DNA of 64,000 nucleotides from an uncultured Clostridia bacterium (GTDB lineage Bacteria; Bacillota; Clostridia; Christensenellales; UBA1242): NCBI GenBank assembly GCA_944384405.1, contig CALWTH010000054.1, positions 2,277 to 66,276 of the forward strand, read 5' to 3'. Shown piece by piece: positions 19,234 to 26,943 of this stretch (position 1 is its first letter; each line of letters starts with the position of its first letter). The notes under the pieces were generated by a model. It saw only the letters and a program-made list of their open reading frames with translations, ran no database searches and was not told where the DNA came from. The position numbers and the translations under genes were made by a program.

Positions 19234-20442
19234 TTATTTAATTAAGTTACTATTCATTAAGTCTTTAAGTTCATTCACAGAAAGAACTAAATTTTCAAAA
19301 TGTTCTTCTTCAAGAAGAAGATTTTTAGCTTTATAGCTATTTGCAAAACATCTATCATCGTATTTACAATTCAAGAAACTAGGTACATATTGTGTTTTAA
19401 TATTAGTTTCTTCGTTTTTATAAAGTGGATTAGATTTTATCTTGTTTCCTTTATCTATAAAACGATAAATTCTAAAACCTGAAGCCTTTATGTAAAAATT
19501 TAAATTTAGTAAAAACTGTATATATTTTTTATTAACAGCTCGAGCTCGAGAAACCTTATGATTAAAGTTCTTATCCGAAATATCTCTAAACTTTTTAATA
19601 AGTCTATTACAAAGATAATTATATATTCCAGTAAGGATAAGAGGCTTTAAAAAAGGTTTTTGCTCAAGCATTGTGCGGTTTAATGCTACCACACGCTTAA
19701 GGTCTATAGCAATATTTCCAGAATCCTGGTCAGTATTTAACCAAAAGCCGTCAAAGTGGTGGCGAATAAATCTTCCAGCTTCAGAGATATTGAGATTTTT
19801 ATTTTTTCCGCGTTTTCCGTCAGCTGGATTTGACATACCTATTTCGTCCTCAAACCAAACACTGAGGTATGGTGATTTTTTCTTCTGTTCAATATGACCT
19901 TGAGTTAGTTTGAGGGTTTTACGTCCTTTAAAGTCAATTAAAGGAACTGAAGAGATAAGGCAGGGCTGAAGGTAAGGGTGTTTCGCCCAGAACTCAAATG
20001 CCTCTTTAACTTCTTTCCAGTGGCGTTTTTTCTCTATGTCATTACCATTCTCTATCTGTCTAGCGAAAGGTGAGAGGAGAGCATATTCTATTTGAAGTTT
20101 TCTCCAGTTATATTCAGCCAGGTTTTTAGCATTGAATATATTACTTGATGTTTTACCTGTTCCTGGTTCACCGTCGGTCACGCTTACGCGTCTGCATTGA
20201 TAGAACTCTGCTTGTGTTTTGGCATCATGCTTGACTCGTGCTTTAGCATAAAGCCAAGCAATGAATCTGGGAGTGTTGTACGCAAAGCCACAAAGTGGCA
20301 CTGCGTACAAGCTTACAAGCCAGATTTTTTCAATTGTAGGTATTCCGATTATGAGTACTAGAACTACTAATAGGAGAGAGTAAAGTATGAAGTTAAAAAT
20401 GTACTGATACTCGGCTAGGAGTTTGATGTGTTTGTTTTTCAT
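19234..20442 (-). CDS. Membrane-anchored P-loop NTPase, Zot/pI-like (filamentous-phage assembly ATPase family) with two N-terminal TM helices
   Basis: TM1 YIFNFILYSLLLVVLVLIIGIPTI and TM2 IWLVSLYAVPLCGFAY. Walker A DGEPGTGKTSS and Walker B VWFEDEIG. FIRHHFDGFWLNTDQD resembles the Zot motif MHRHHGWDICLTT recalled from CTXphi Zot. Confidence 0.5.
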   Translation of the reverse strand: MKNKHIKLLAEYQYIFNFILYSLLLVVLVLIIGIPTIEKIWLVSLYAVPLCGFAYNTPRFIAWLYAKARVKHDAKTQAEFYQCRRVSVTDGEPGTGKTSSNIFNAKNLAEYNWRKLQIEYALLSPFARQIENGNDIEKKRHWKEVKEAFEFWAKHPYLQPCLISSVPLIDFKGRKTLKLTQGHIEQKKKSPYLSVWFEDEIGMSNPADGKRGKNKNLNISEAGRFIRHHFDGFWLNTDQDSGNIAIDLKRVVALNRTMLEQKPFLKPLILTGIYNYLCNRLIKKFRDISDKNFNHKVSRARAVNKKYIQFLLNLNFYIKASGFRIYRFIDKGNKIKSNPLYKNEETNIKTQYVPSFLNCKYDDRCFANSYKAKNLLLEEEHFENLVLSVNELKDLMNSNLIK

Positions 20443-21842
20443 GCTGGTAGGTTATCCAAGGTGTAACCACTACCAATTTTAATGTCTAATCTAGACAAAG
20501 AATCACAATCTAAAAACATATTATCGCAATCAGTCACTTTAGATGTGTCAAAGTTAGAGATATTTAGATAATCTAACACAACACAACCATTAAACATGCC
20601 ATCCATGTTAGTGACGTTTGATGTATCAAAAGTGGATAAATCTAATGAAGCGATAGATTGTGTTTGTTGAAACATATAACTCATATCGGTTGTAAATTTG
20701 GTGTTAAAATTCTCAAAATTTATTGTTATAAATTCCGATTCTACATAATACCCTTCAAATCCTAATCCTGGAATTATATTTAACCATTTAAATAATTCAC
20801 TGCAATCTTCTGGGGCGTAAATGTTTCCGTCAAAAACAAACTGGATCTCTCTATCCTCAGCTTCGTCAAAAAGTTTTCGCGTATAAACCTGAATGCCACT
20901 TTCCAGAGTTCCTAATAGATATAAGTTTTCATACCAAATAGGTTCACGTAAAAAAGATAAACTTACAATGTATGTCCCTGAATATTCTAGTAAAAAAAGG
21001 CTATCGTCCATGCTTTGTAATTGAGCTTTCCAATTTGTATCAAAAACAGCATATTCTTGAAAGACCGCTGTATAAGTGGTGTCTTCAATAATAGACTGAG
21101 GCTCGGTTATTGTTTCCTGTCCATTTGACCAGCCGATGAAATCATAACCGTCTTTTTTGGGAGCTTCTGGGAATACAGGGTATTGATTCACAATAACCAT
21201 CTGTGGAGTGCCATACGTTGCACCATCGACAATGAATGTTACATTGTAAGCTGTTATTACAGCATACAAATTTACGTCTTCGTTCACGTAAAAAGTTGAA
21301 AAATCTACAGTTTCATCGTTGTATTTCCAGCCCTCAATCGTCATTTCACCATATGAATATGGGATTTCGCTTTCGAGAACCAAGTCTCCAGCTTTAACAG
21401 CAACACTTTTTATAGGTGTATCTTCTAAGTAGAAATTGACAAAAACTATGTTTTGATCTTCTTCATTTTCGATTAAATCTTCATAGTACTTAATAGTAGC
21501 CTTAAGTTGCTCTACTTGAAGTTGAAGTTGTTTAACTTGTTCTTCGAGTTCAGGATTAGATTCGGCCAGATCTTCGTAGAGTTTTTTGTAATGATCCAAA
21601 TCTATTTGAAGTTGTTCCACTTGATTTTTGTAATCTTCAATTTGCTTGAGCAGGGAAGCCTCATTTGCCACTCCATCATTAAGACCTTGATTATATGCAT
21701 TTTGGACATCTTCATATGTGTAAGTTACTGTTCCACTGATTGCATTTTTTATCGAGTCCCAGTAAACTCCAAGCAAAACGCCGGCAACTGTTAACACCAG
21801 AAGAACCACAGATATGGCAATAGCCATTGCTTTTTTATTCAT
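20439..21842 (-). CDS. Anchored surface protein: TM, coiled coil, Listeria-Bacteroides repeat, DUF285/26-residue LRR-type repeats
   Basis: N-terminal AIAISVVLLVLTVAGVLLGVYW. Heptad-like QLQIDLDHYKKLYEDL...QLQLQVEQLKATIKYYEDL. YNVTFIVDGATYG...GYDFIGWSNG. LDLSTFDTSNVTNMDGMFNGCVVLDYLNISNFDTSKVTDCDNMFLDC. Confidence 0.7.
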   Translation of the reverse strand: MNKKAMAIAISVVLLVLTVAGVLLGVYWDSIKNAISGTVTYTYEDVQNAYNQGLNDGVANEASLLKQIEDYKNQVEQLQIDLDHYKKLYEDLAESNPELEEQVKQLQLQVEQLKATIKYYEDLIENEEDQNIVFVNFYLEDTPIKSVAVKAGDLVLESEIPYSYGEMTIEGWKYNDETVDFSTFYVNEDVNLYAVITAYNVTFIVDGATYGTPQMVIVNQYPVFPEAPKKDGYDFIGWSNGQETITEPQSIIEDTTYTAVFQEYAVFDTNWKAQLQSMDDSLFLLEYSGTYIVSLSFLREPIWYENLYLLGTLESGIQVYTRKLFDEAEDREIQFVFDGNIYAPEDCSELFKWLNIIPGLGFEGYYVESEFITINFENFNTKFTTDMSYMFQQTQSIASLDLSTFDTSNVTNMDGMFNGCVVLDYLNISNFDTSKVTDCDNMFLDCDSLSRLDIKIGSGYTLDNLPA

Positions 21843-21856
21843 AAAATTATTACTCC

Positions 21857-22372
21857 TTAATTTTCATAAATACTAACAACAAATCCGTTTAAACTCTGCC
21901 AAGTATAGAAATATGCAATTGAATTATTAACATTTGTTGTTTCGACTTTTAACAGTGTATTGTTCGCTGAGAAGGTTAGCGAGATAGTTAATTTACAAGT
22001 AGCGACTACATCGGCATTTGTGTCTTTAAAGTCTATTGTGAATGTTCCAGAAAGAGTGCCTGCTGTTTCTTTCATATTGTCAGCAATGTAACCATTTAAG
22101 TACGGTGTATAATCTTTTGTATCTCCGTTAAAATCCACGTGTGCATATGTCTTTTCAAAAGTATAAACACTATCATTGTTCGTAAAAGAAATTGAGCCTT
22201 CGTCACACTTTAATACAAGGTTTTCATCATCTCGACCAATGGTTATGGCTGAGCCTACTTCTTGGCTGTGAACACTGAATTTTTCAATGAGGTCAATTGT
22301 TGCAAGTATGCCTGTAATACAAATGACTACTGACAAAATGAACATTATTATCTTGAAATAACTTACTTTCAT
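21857..22372 (-). CDS. Small N-terminally anchored protein (171 aa)
   Basis: Hydrophobic helix IIMFILSVVICITGILATIDL, then a beta-rich Thr/Asn-rich domain; ATGA overlap with upstream gene. Confidence 0.6.
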   Translation of the reverse strand: MKVSYFKIIMFILSVVICITGILATIDLIEKFSVHSQEVGSAITIGRDDENLVLKCDEGSISFTNNDSVYTFEKTYAHVDFNGDTKDYTPYLNGYIADNMKETAGTLSGTFTIDFKDTNADVVATCKLTISLTFSANNTLLKVETTNVNNSIAYFYTWQSLNGFVVSIYEN

Positions 22373-23601
22373 TGTTCACCTCCAATTAAGTTTATGTTTT
22401 CGTTTGTAATAACTTCAGGATTACCGCAATTTGCAAGTGCGTTTGTGAGTAATGTGAAATCTTTTAGGGTAGAGGAATATATCTCTATCTTACCAACGTT
22501 TAGACCGTCAAAAGCATAGTTATCTATGCCTATAATGTTGTCTGTTTCATCTAAGTTGATATACACATTAACCACTTGCTGATTGCCTGTTTTTAAAAAG
22601 TTGGTTATTGTAGTGTTGTGTAGGTATATGAAATTGCCTTGATTAACTTGTGAATATCTTTTCTCAAAGTCTTCCAAAGTTAAAGTGTTAATTACTTCAC
22701 TTTGCCAGTAGTCGACATCTAAGTCGATCCCGGATATATTGAACTGACTGTCTCCAGCGACAGATGCAAACATTGATTGTTCTGCGAACTCTACGCCTCG
22801 GTTATCGAAGTGTGTTTCACAGGTGAAATATGCATTTGTCAATGTATTTTTACCAAGTGGCTCTCCAGAGAACTGACCTGATTCATCGTCATATTCATAG
22901 ACGCTTAAGTATGAGGCTAAATCTGCCAAGGCGATAGTTCCATCGCCGGTGCCGTTGGATGAGCTTCTGATCATGTTCTTGATATACACCATGAAATCTT
23001 CCCAGGTATACTCGTAGGTTTCAAGGCTCATATATGACTCTGGTTTTCCATCCCATCCTGTGAACAGTCCGCTTATTCCATACCAAATGGCTTTGCCAAC
23101 GTTTGTTACGTATTTTTGGTATGTTCCGTCAAAAGCAACACCGTAAATATCTCCGTCAATTTCAGTAACGAAAATGTCGCCCCATTCATATGCGTGACCA
23201 GTTACGAAGCTCACTCCGTCGTAACTGTCGTAAGCATAGACAACAGGTAGTATTTCTTCTTCGGTTGTCCCTGGAATAGTTACTGGCATGTAAACCATTT
23301 GAAAACCACGTGAATATATTGCTTGTCTGTCTGTGCCTGAGTATGCATTTATTCGGAGTTCCACCATTTCATATCCAGAGCCATTGTTGTTAGCATAGTA
23401 GTTAGCCTGAAGGAAGGGCAGTTGTTCCTGGGTGTGTGGGTCGGTTACATATGTGACGTAACTTGAAGTTACTGCTTGAGGTAGTTTATCTTTGCCGATT
23501 GTGGCAAAGTAGATCCAGGTGAGGTCTACAAGGGTCATTATGATAACAAGGATGATATAGAATGACATGAGGATCTTATATAAAATGCTATTTGTGTTCA
23601 T
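22369..23601 (-). CDS. N-terminally anchored extracytoplasmic protein (410 aa)
   Basis: Hydrophobic LYKILMSFYIILVIIMTLVDLTWIYFATI, then an acidic/aromatic-rich domain with no motif I recognise. Confidence 0.6.
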   Translation of the reverse strand: MNTNSILYKILMSFYIILVIIMTLVDLTWIYFATIGKDKLPQAVTSSYVTYVTDPHTQEQLPFLQANYYANNNGSGYEMVELRINAYSGTDRQAIYSRGFQMVYMPVTIPGTTEEEILPVVYAYDSYDGVSFVTGHAYEWGDIFVTEIDGDIYGVAFDGTYQKYVTNVGKAIWYGISGLFTGWDGKPESYMSLETYEYTWEDFMVYIKNMIRSSSNGTGDGTIALADLASYLSVYEYDDESGQFSGEPLGKNTLTNAYFTCETHFDNRGVEFAEQSMFASVAGDSQFNISGIDLDVDYWQSEVINTLTLEDFEKRYSQVNQGNFIYLHNTTITNFLKTGNQQVVNVYINLDETDNIIGIDNYAFDGLNVGKIEIYSSTLKDFTLLTNALANCGNPEVITNENINLIGGEQ

Positions 23602-23610
23602 TTTTTACCT

Positions 23611-25224
23611 CTAAGCCCATTCATAGGCAAGACTTAAACCATGTGTCCAAATTGTGGAATATGGAACTTCAAACTCTACTGATTCACCGTTGGCACAGGT
23701 CAAGTACTCATTAAAGTCATATGAATTGCTGATCATTGCATAAATGTCATGCCCGGTGTTATTTGTAAAACGTACAGTAAACGTTTCAGATGTTGGTTGT
23801 GTAGTTATTCTGTAAACACTTTCATCTGAAAGAAATTCACCTTCGCCTATGAATTCAGCAGTAACTAGTCCCGCAAGAGGTTCACCTTCGCCACCGTAAA
23901 TATGTCCTTCAATTAACTCGTGCATATCTACGGATATTTCATATGGCTCAAAAATATCTTGAACAGCTTCAAAATATATTGAAACATTTTGTGCAGTATA
24001 TGGAATACTTGCTTGAAATAAAAATGATGAAGAATCTAATTCCTTTATGACATCACCATCTACTTCTACTAATATTTTTTTAGTGGTTCCCCAAGAAGAA
24101 TCAATTGGTGAAATTTCAATCCTAAATGAACCACTTACAGGTCTAGTAACTACATAATTTTTGCCGTCAAAAGAACCAGCTGAAGATGAAAGGGCTTCAC
24201 TCACAATAAACTGTGTTTCATCATACTCAAAAGGAATAGAATACTCTTCAAATGTTGACACTACTTCGAGTGTACACTCAGTCTCTGGTACTATGAAAGT
24301 GCATGAGGCGGTCACTCCGTCCTCTTGAGTTGTTACTTCAAGTGGTTCGCCGTTGAGTGTTATTCCGCCGAAGTATTCTGGATTGGTTATTGTAAAGTCC
24401 ATTTTTACTTCTTCGCCAACACGGATACCGTAGTATATAATGTTATATACAGAGCATGTCTCAGATGTGTAAGTAAATGCAGGGCTAGAGATTACACTTT
24501 TTGTGTCGATAGAACCTCCAAAAGGAACATAAAGGGATGATACATCTCTAACTGTGCTTGTTGCAAAAGTAACGGTTGTTAAGTCTGTGTTCTCTACTCG
24601 TATAGGTTGTTGTATAAAACCGTACTTGTCTAGTAAATGAACATACTCAACATCATTAACAAGAAATGTTTGTGTTTTATATCCAGAAGTTAAAGAAATA
24701 ACTCTTCCTGTGATTAAATCTCCAGTGTGAATTGTATCACCGTCATTAAGTGGTTTTCCATTGACTATTAGTTGCCATTGTGAGTATCTATCTTCAACTA
24801 TGTTTGCCGTATATTCTTTAATTTCCTGAACATCAACATCAATTGTGGTGTCTTTATCAATAGTTACAGTGAACATGTTATTGTCTAGTTCTATCTCTTC
24901 ACCATTTACTTTTGTTGACCAAAGCATGAAGCCATCGTTTGGTGCTAAGGTAAACGTTAGAGTTTCGCCTTGCCATTCTTTAGCTTCTAGTTCTTCTTCT
25001 GTGTAGGTATTTCCTTTGTCATCTGCACAGATGAAGGTCAAGTTGCCATTTGTATTGAGCGTTAGCTTCGATGTCTCGGCTGGTGGCTTTTCTTCGCCGA
25101 TATGCAATATCTCGCCCCAGGATTTGTTTACTATCTTAGGTACGGCGAAATATACACCAGTGGCAATGACCGCCACGCCAACAAGTCCAGCAATTGCTCC
25201 AAGTATTTTGTGTTTTTTTGCCAT
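23611..25224 (-). CDS. N-terminally anchored multi-domain surface protein with InlB-B-repeat-like modules (537 aa)
   Basis: MAKKHKILGAIAGLVGVAVIATGVYFAV anchor; repeated beta-sandwich-like modules, e.g. LTFTLAPNDGFMLWSTKVNGEEIEL...FTVTIDKDTTIDV; AGGAGG RBS. Confidence 0.65.
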   Translation of the reverse strand: MAKKHKILGAIAGLVGVAVIATGVYFAVPKIVNKSWGEILHIGEEKPPAETSKLTLNTNGNLTFICADDKGNTYTEEELEAKEWQGETLTFTLAPNDGFMLWSTKVNGEEIELDNNMFTVTIDKDTTIDVDVQEIKEYTANIVEDRYSQWQLIVNGKPLNDGDTIHTGDLITGRVISLTSGYKTQTFLVNDVEYVHLLDKYGFIQQPIRVENTDLTTVTFATSTVRDVSSLYVPFGGSIDTKSVISSPAFTYTSETCSVYNIIYYGIRVGEEVKMDFTITNPEYFGGITLNGEPLEVTTQEDGVTASCTFIVPETECTLEVVSTFEEYSIPFEYDETQFIVSEALSSSAGSFDGKNYVVTRPVSGSFRIEISPIDSSWGTTKKILVEVDGDVIKELDSSSFLFQASIPYTAQNVSIYFEAVQDIFEPYEISVDMHELIEGHIYGGEGEPLAGLVTAEFIGEGEFLSDESVYRITTQPTSETFTVRFTNNTGHDIYAMISNSYDFNEYLTCANGESVEFEVPYSTIWTHGLSLAYEWA

Positions 25225-25290
25225 TTACATTTTTTCCTCCTTTAATTTAAAAAATTTAAAATAGCGTTTGAAATGAGTAATATTATTAAG

Positions 25291-25319
25291 GCTGATACAA
25301 TGAGTTTAAGTATCAGCCA
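25291..25319 (-). terminator. 9-bp perfect hairpin between the leader region and the surface-protein operon (candidate attenuator/terminator)
   Basis: Minus strand TTTT-GGCTGATAC-TTAAACTCATT-GTATCAGCC-TTAATAATATT; the U-tract is weak. Confidence 0.3.
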
Positions 25320-25349
25320 AAAGATAAATTTTACAATGTTTCACCTCCT

Positions 25350-25671
25350 TATCTATTAGATTGCCTTTCTGGTATGACTGCAGGTGAAAGGCGACTGTAA
25401 TACCTGCTAGTCACTGGTACGGCACTTTTTGGAAAAGGAAGGGACAATATTATTCGAATAGAGGTACACTGGGATAAATGCCGTTGAACCCATAATTGTT
25501 GGGAGAAGTGGAATAGTTTAACGAGATTACCACATCGCTCAAGTGTGTAGTTTTAAAGTAAAGTAGAACAAACTATTTTAAATGCAAATAGGCTACTTGC
25601 ACGACTTGGTTTCAAGCCAAGGCAAAAGCAAAACATTTTGTACTGTTTGAAATTGAATTCCATACTTCCTC
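25350..25671 (-). other. ORF-poor, G+C-richer structured leader (candidate ncRNA, or ssDNA origin/packaging signal)
   Basis: No ORF of 60 aa or more on either strand. Hand count is about 43% G+C over 25351-25470. Interleaved helices: GCCTTTC (25363-25369) with GAAAGGC (25386-25392), and GACTGCAGGT (25376-25385) with ACCTGC-T-AGTC (25402-25412). Confidence 0.3.
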
Positions 25672-26058
25672 CTAAAAATCTAATTGATTATCTTTTTGAC
25701 TGTCTGCATATCGTTGGCAGTTTAAAGTGTGAGCGACTAATTCTAGGTTGTTTTGTCGACAGTTGAGTTTGTCACCGTCTACATGGTCAATGCTGATTCC
25801 GTGGTTGAGTAAGCTAGTCAATCCAGGATAAATATGATTACCGTTCTTATCTCCGAACATTTGAACAACTTTAATGTGATTGTAAATTCTTTTACGAACT
25901 TTGTTGACTTTGATTTCGGTAGTTACATATCCGCTAGGGTTAATTTCAAGAGCTAAAAACTTGTGACTTTTGAGCGAATAAACAATACCACTGTTATTGA
26001 TGTAATATCCTGGTGAAAATTCCTTGAATCCAGACACTATCAATTCTTCTTTGGTCAT
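25672..26058 (-). CDS. NUMOD4/HNH-type endonuclease (128 aa)
   Basis: N-terminal FKEFSPGYYINNSGIVYS (NUMOD4-like); HNH region ISIDHVDGDKLNCRQNNLELVAHTLNCQ. Confidence 0.7.
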   Translation of the reverse strand: MTKEELIVSGFKEFSPGYYINNSGIVYSLKSHKFLALEINPSGYVTTEIKVNKVRKRIYNHIKVVQMFGDKNGNHIYPGLTSLLNHGISIDHVDGDKLNCRQNNLELVAHTLNCQRYADSQKDNQLDF

Positions 26059-26204
26059 AGTTCTGCCTCCAAAACCTGGTCGTGATATAGTCGCTGTTTA
26101 GTGACATAGCCACCATGAATCTTTTGCCCAGCACAAGCTGACCGTTTATTAAAATAATAGAAATCTCCATGTGGCGAGAAGAGTATGTAATAAAACCTTT
26201 TCAT
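26055..26204 (-). CDS. Small 49-aa ORF translationally coupled between the XRE gene and the HNH gene
   Basis: My own translation: MKRFYYILFSPHGDFYYFNKRSACAGQKIHGGYVTKQRLYHDQVLEAEL. ATGA overlaps at both ends (26201-26204 and 26055-26058). Below the ORF-track length cutoff. Confidence 0.4.
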   Translation of the reverse strand: MKRFYYILFSPHGDFYYFNKRSACAGQKIHGGYVTKQRLYHDQVLEAEL

Positions 26205-26425
26205 GACTGCACCTCGCTTTTGTGTAGGTTTGTTTGCTTGGTTTCGATAATTGCATAGACCAGTTGCTCAATTGAGATATGTAATATTTCGGCTAGTTTG
26301 GGCAATATCTCTATGGATGGTTCCCGCAATCCTTTTTCCCAGGAAGAGACAAGCGTTTGACTAACATACAATTTCTTTGCCATTTCCATTTGCGTTAATC
26401 CTAATTTTTTTCGCAGATCATTCAT
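26201..26425 (-). CDS. XRE-family HTH regulator (Cro-like, first gene of leftward operon, 74 aa)
   Basis: MNDLRKKLGLTQMEMAKKLYVSQTLVSSWEKGLREPSIEIL; start chosen at the internal Met, because the track's N-terminal extension runs into the operator region. Confidence 0.7.
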   Translation of the reverse strand: MNDLRKKLGLTQMEMAKKLYVSQTLVSSWEKGLREPSIEILPKLAEILHISIEQLVYAIIETKQTNLHKSEVQS

Positions 26426-26427
26426 AA

Positions 26428-26482
26428 ATACCCCTATATGTAATATTTGTACTTCCACAATACTACTTATACCCCTATATGT
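26428..26482. promoter_or_regulatory. Divergent promoter/operator region with two 14-bp direct repeats
   Basis: ATACCCCTATATGT at 26428-26441 and 26469-26482, between the divergent XRE genes. Confidence 0.45.
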
Positions 26483-26550
26483 CAACTTTTTTGAAGCATT
26501 TTTTGTTGAAAATATTACAAATAGTGTTAAAATATTATAAAGGAGGTATT

Positions 26551-26916
26551 ATGGAACTAAAAATAAAGGAATATAGGAAGCTTAATAATTTGACGCAAAC
26601 GGATATTGCTCAATTAACTGGATACCAGCAAACACTGATTTCAAAGTGGGAAAACAAGGAACGAGAACCTAATTTAGATGTAATCTGCAAATTAGCAGAC
26701 ACTTTTAATATTTCTGTTGATGAATTAGTTGGAAGAAATTATAAAAAAGTTGCAACTCAGAACTTGACAGAGAATCAGCAAAAGATTCTGGACATTCTTC
26801 CAAGCTTGAATGAACAACAATGTTCTGCTGTTCTTAGTATGATTAAAGCATTTAATACAACTACAAAAGAACAAGTCGAAATGGCAAGACAAATTAGAAA
26901 ATTTGAGGATAAATAA
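26551..26916 (+). CDS. XRE-family HTH regulator (cI-like, co-directional with integrase, 121 aa)
   Basis: MELKIKEYRKLNNLTQTDIAQLTGYQQTLISKWENKEREPNLDVI; AAAGGAGG RBS; the track's upstream extension is unlikely. Confidence 0.7.
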   Translation: MELKIKEYRKLNNLTQTDIAQLTGYQQTLISKWENKEREPNLDVICKLADTFNISVDELVGRNYKKVATQNLTENQQKILDILPSLNEQQCSAVLSMIKAFNTTTKEQVEMARQIRKFEDK

Positions 26917-26943
26917 TGTTAATTGAAGATATAAAAAAACTTA

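Noticed and set aside
25350-26058. HEARO/omega-RNA with an IscB-like nuclease
   Set aside because: The adjacent protein is only 128 aa (NUMOD4 plus HNH) with no RuvC segments. The structured region also lies downstream of the ORF, not upstream.
25350-26204. Group I intron carrying the NUMOD4/HNH ORF, with the structured region 25350-25671 as the intron 3' core
   Set aside because: The HNH gene is ATGA-coupled to the preceding 49-aa ORF and XRE gene, leaving no room for a 5' intron half (P1-P6). No interrupted host gene or exon continuity is visible on either side. I could not find convincing P7/P3 or R/S-like consensus elements.
26479-26550. N-terminal extensions of the two XRE genes as given in the ORF track (starts at 26479 and 26485)
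   Set aside because: The extensions overlap each other and the operator repeats and have no RBS. Good RBS-ATG pairs exist at 26551 (plus strand) and 26425 (minus strand).
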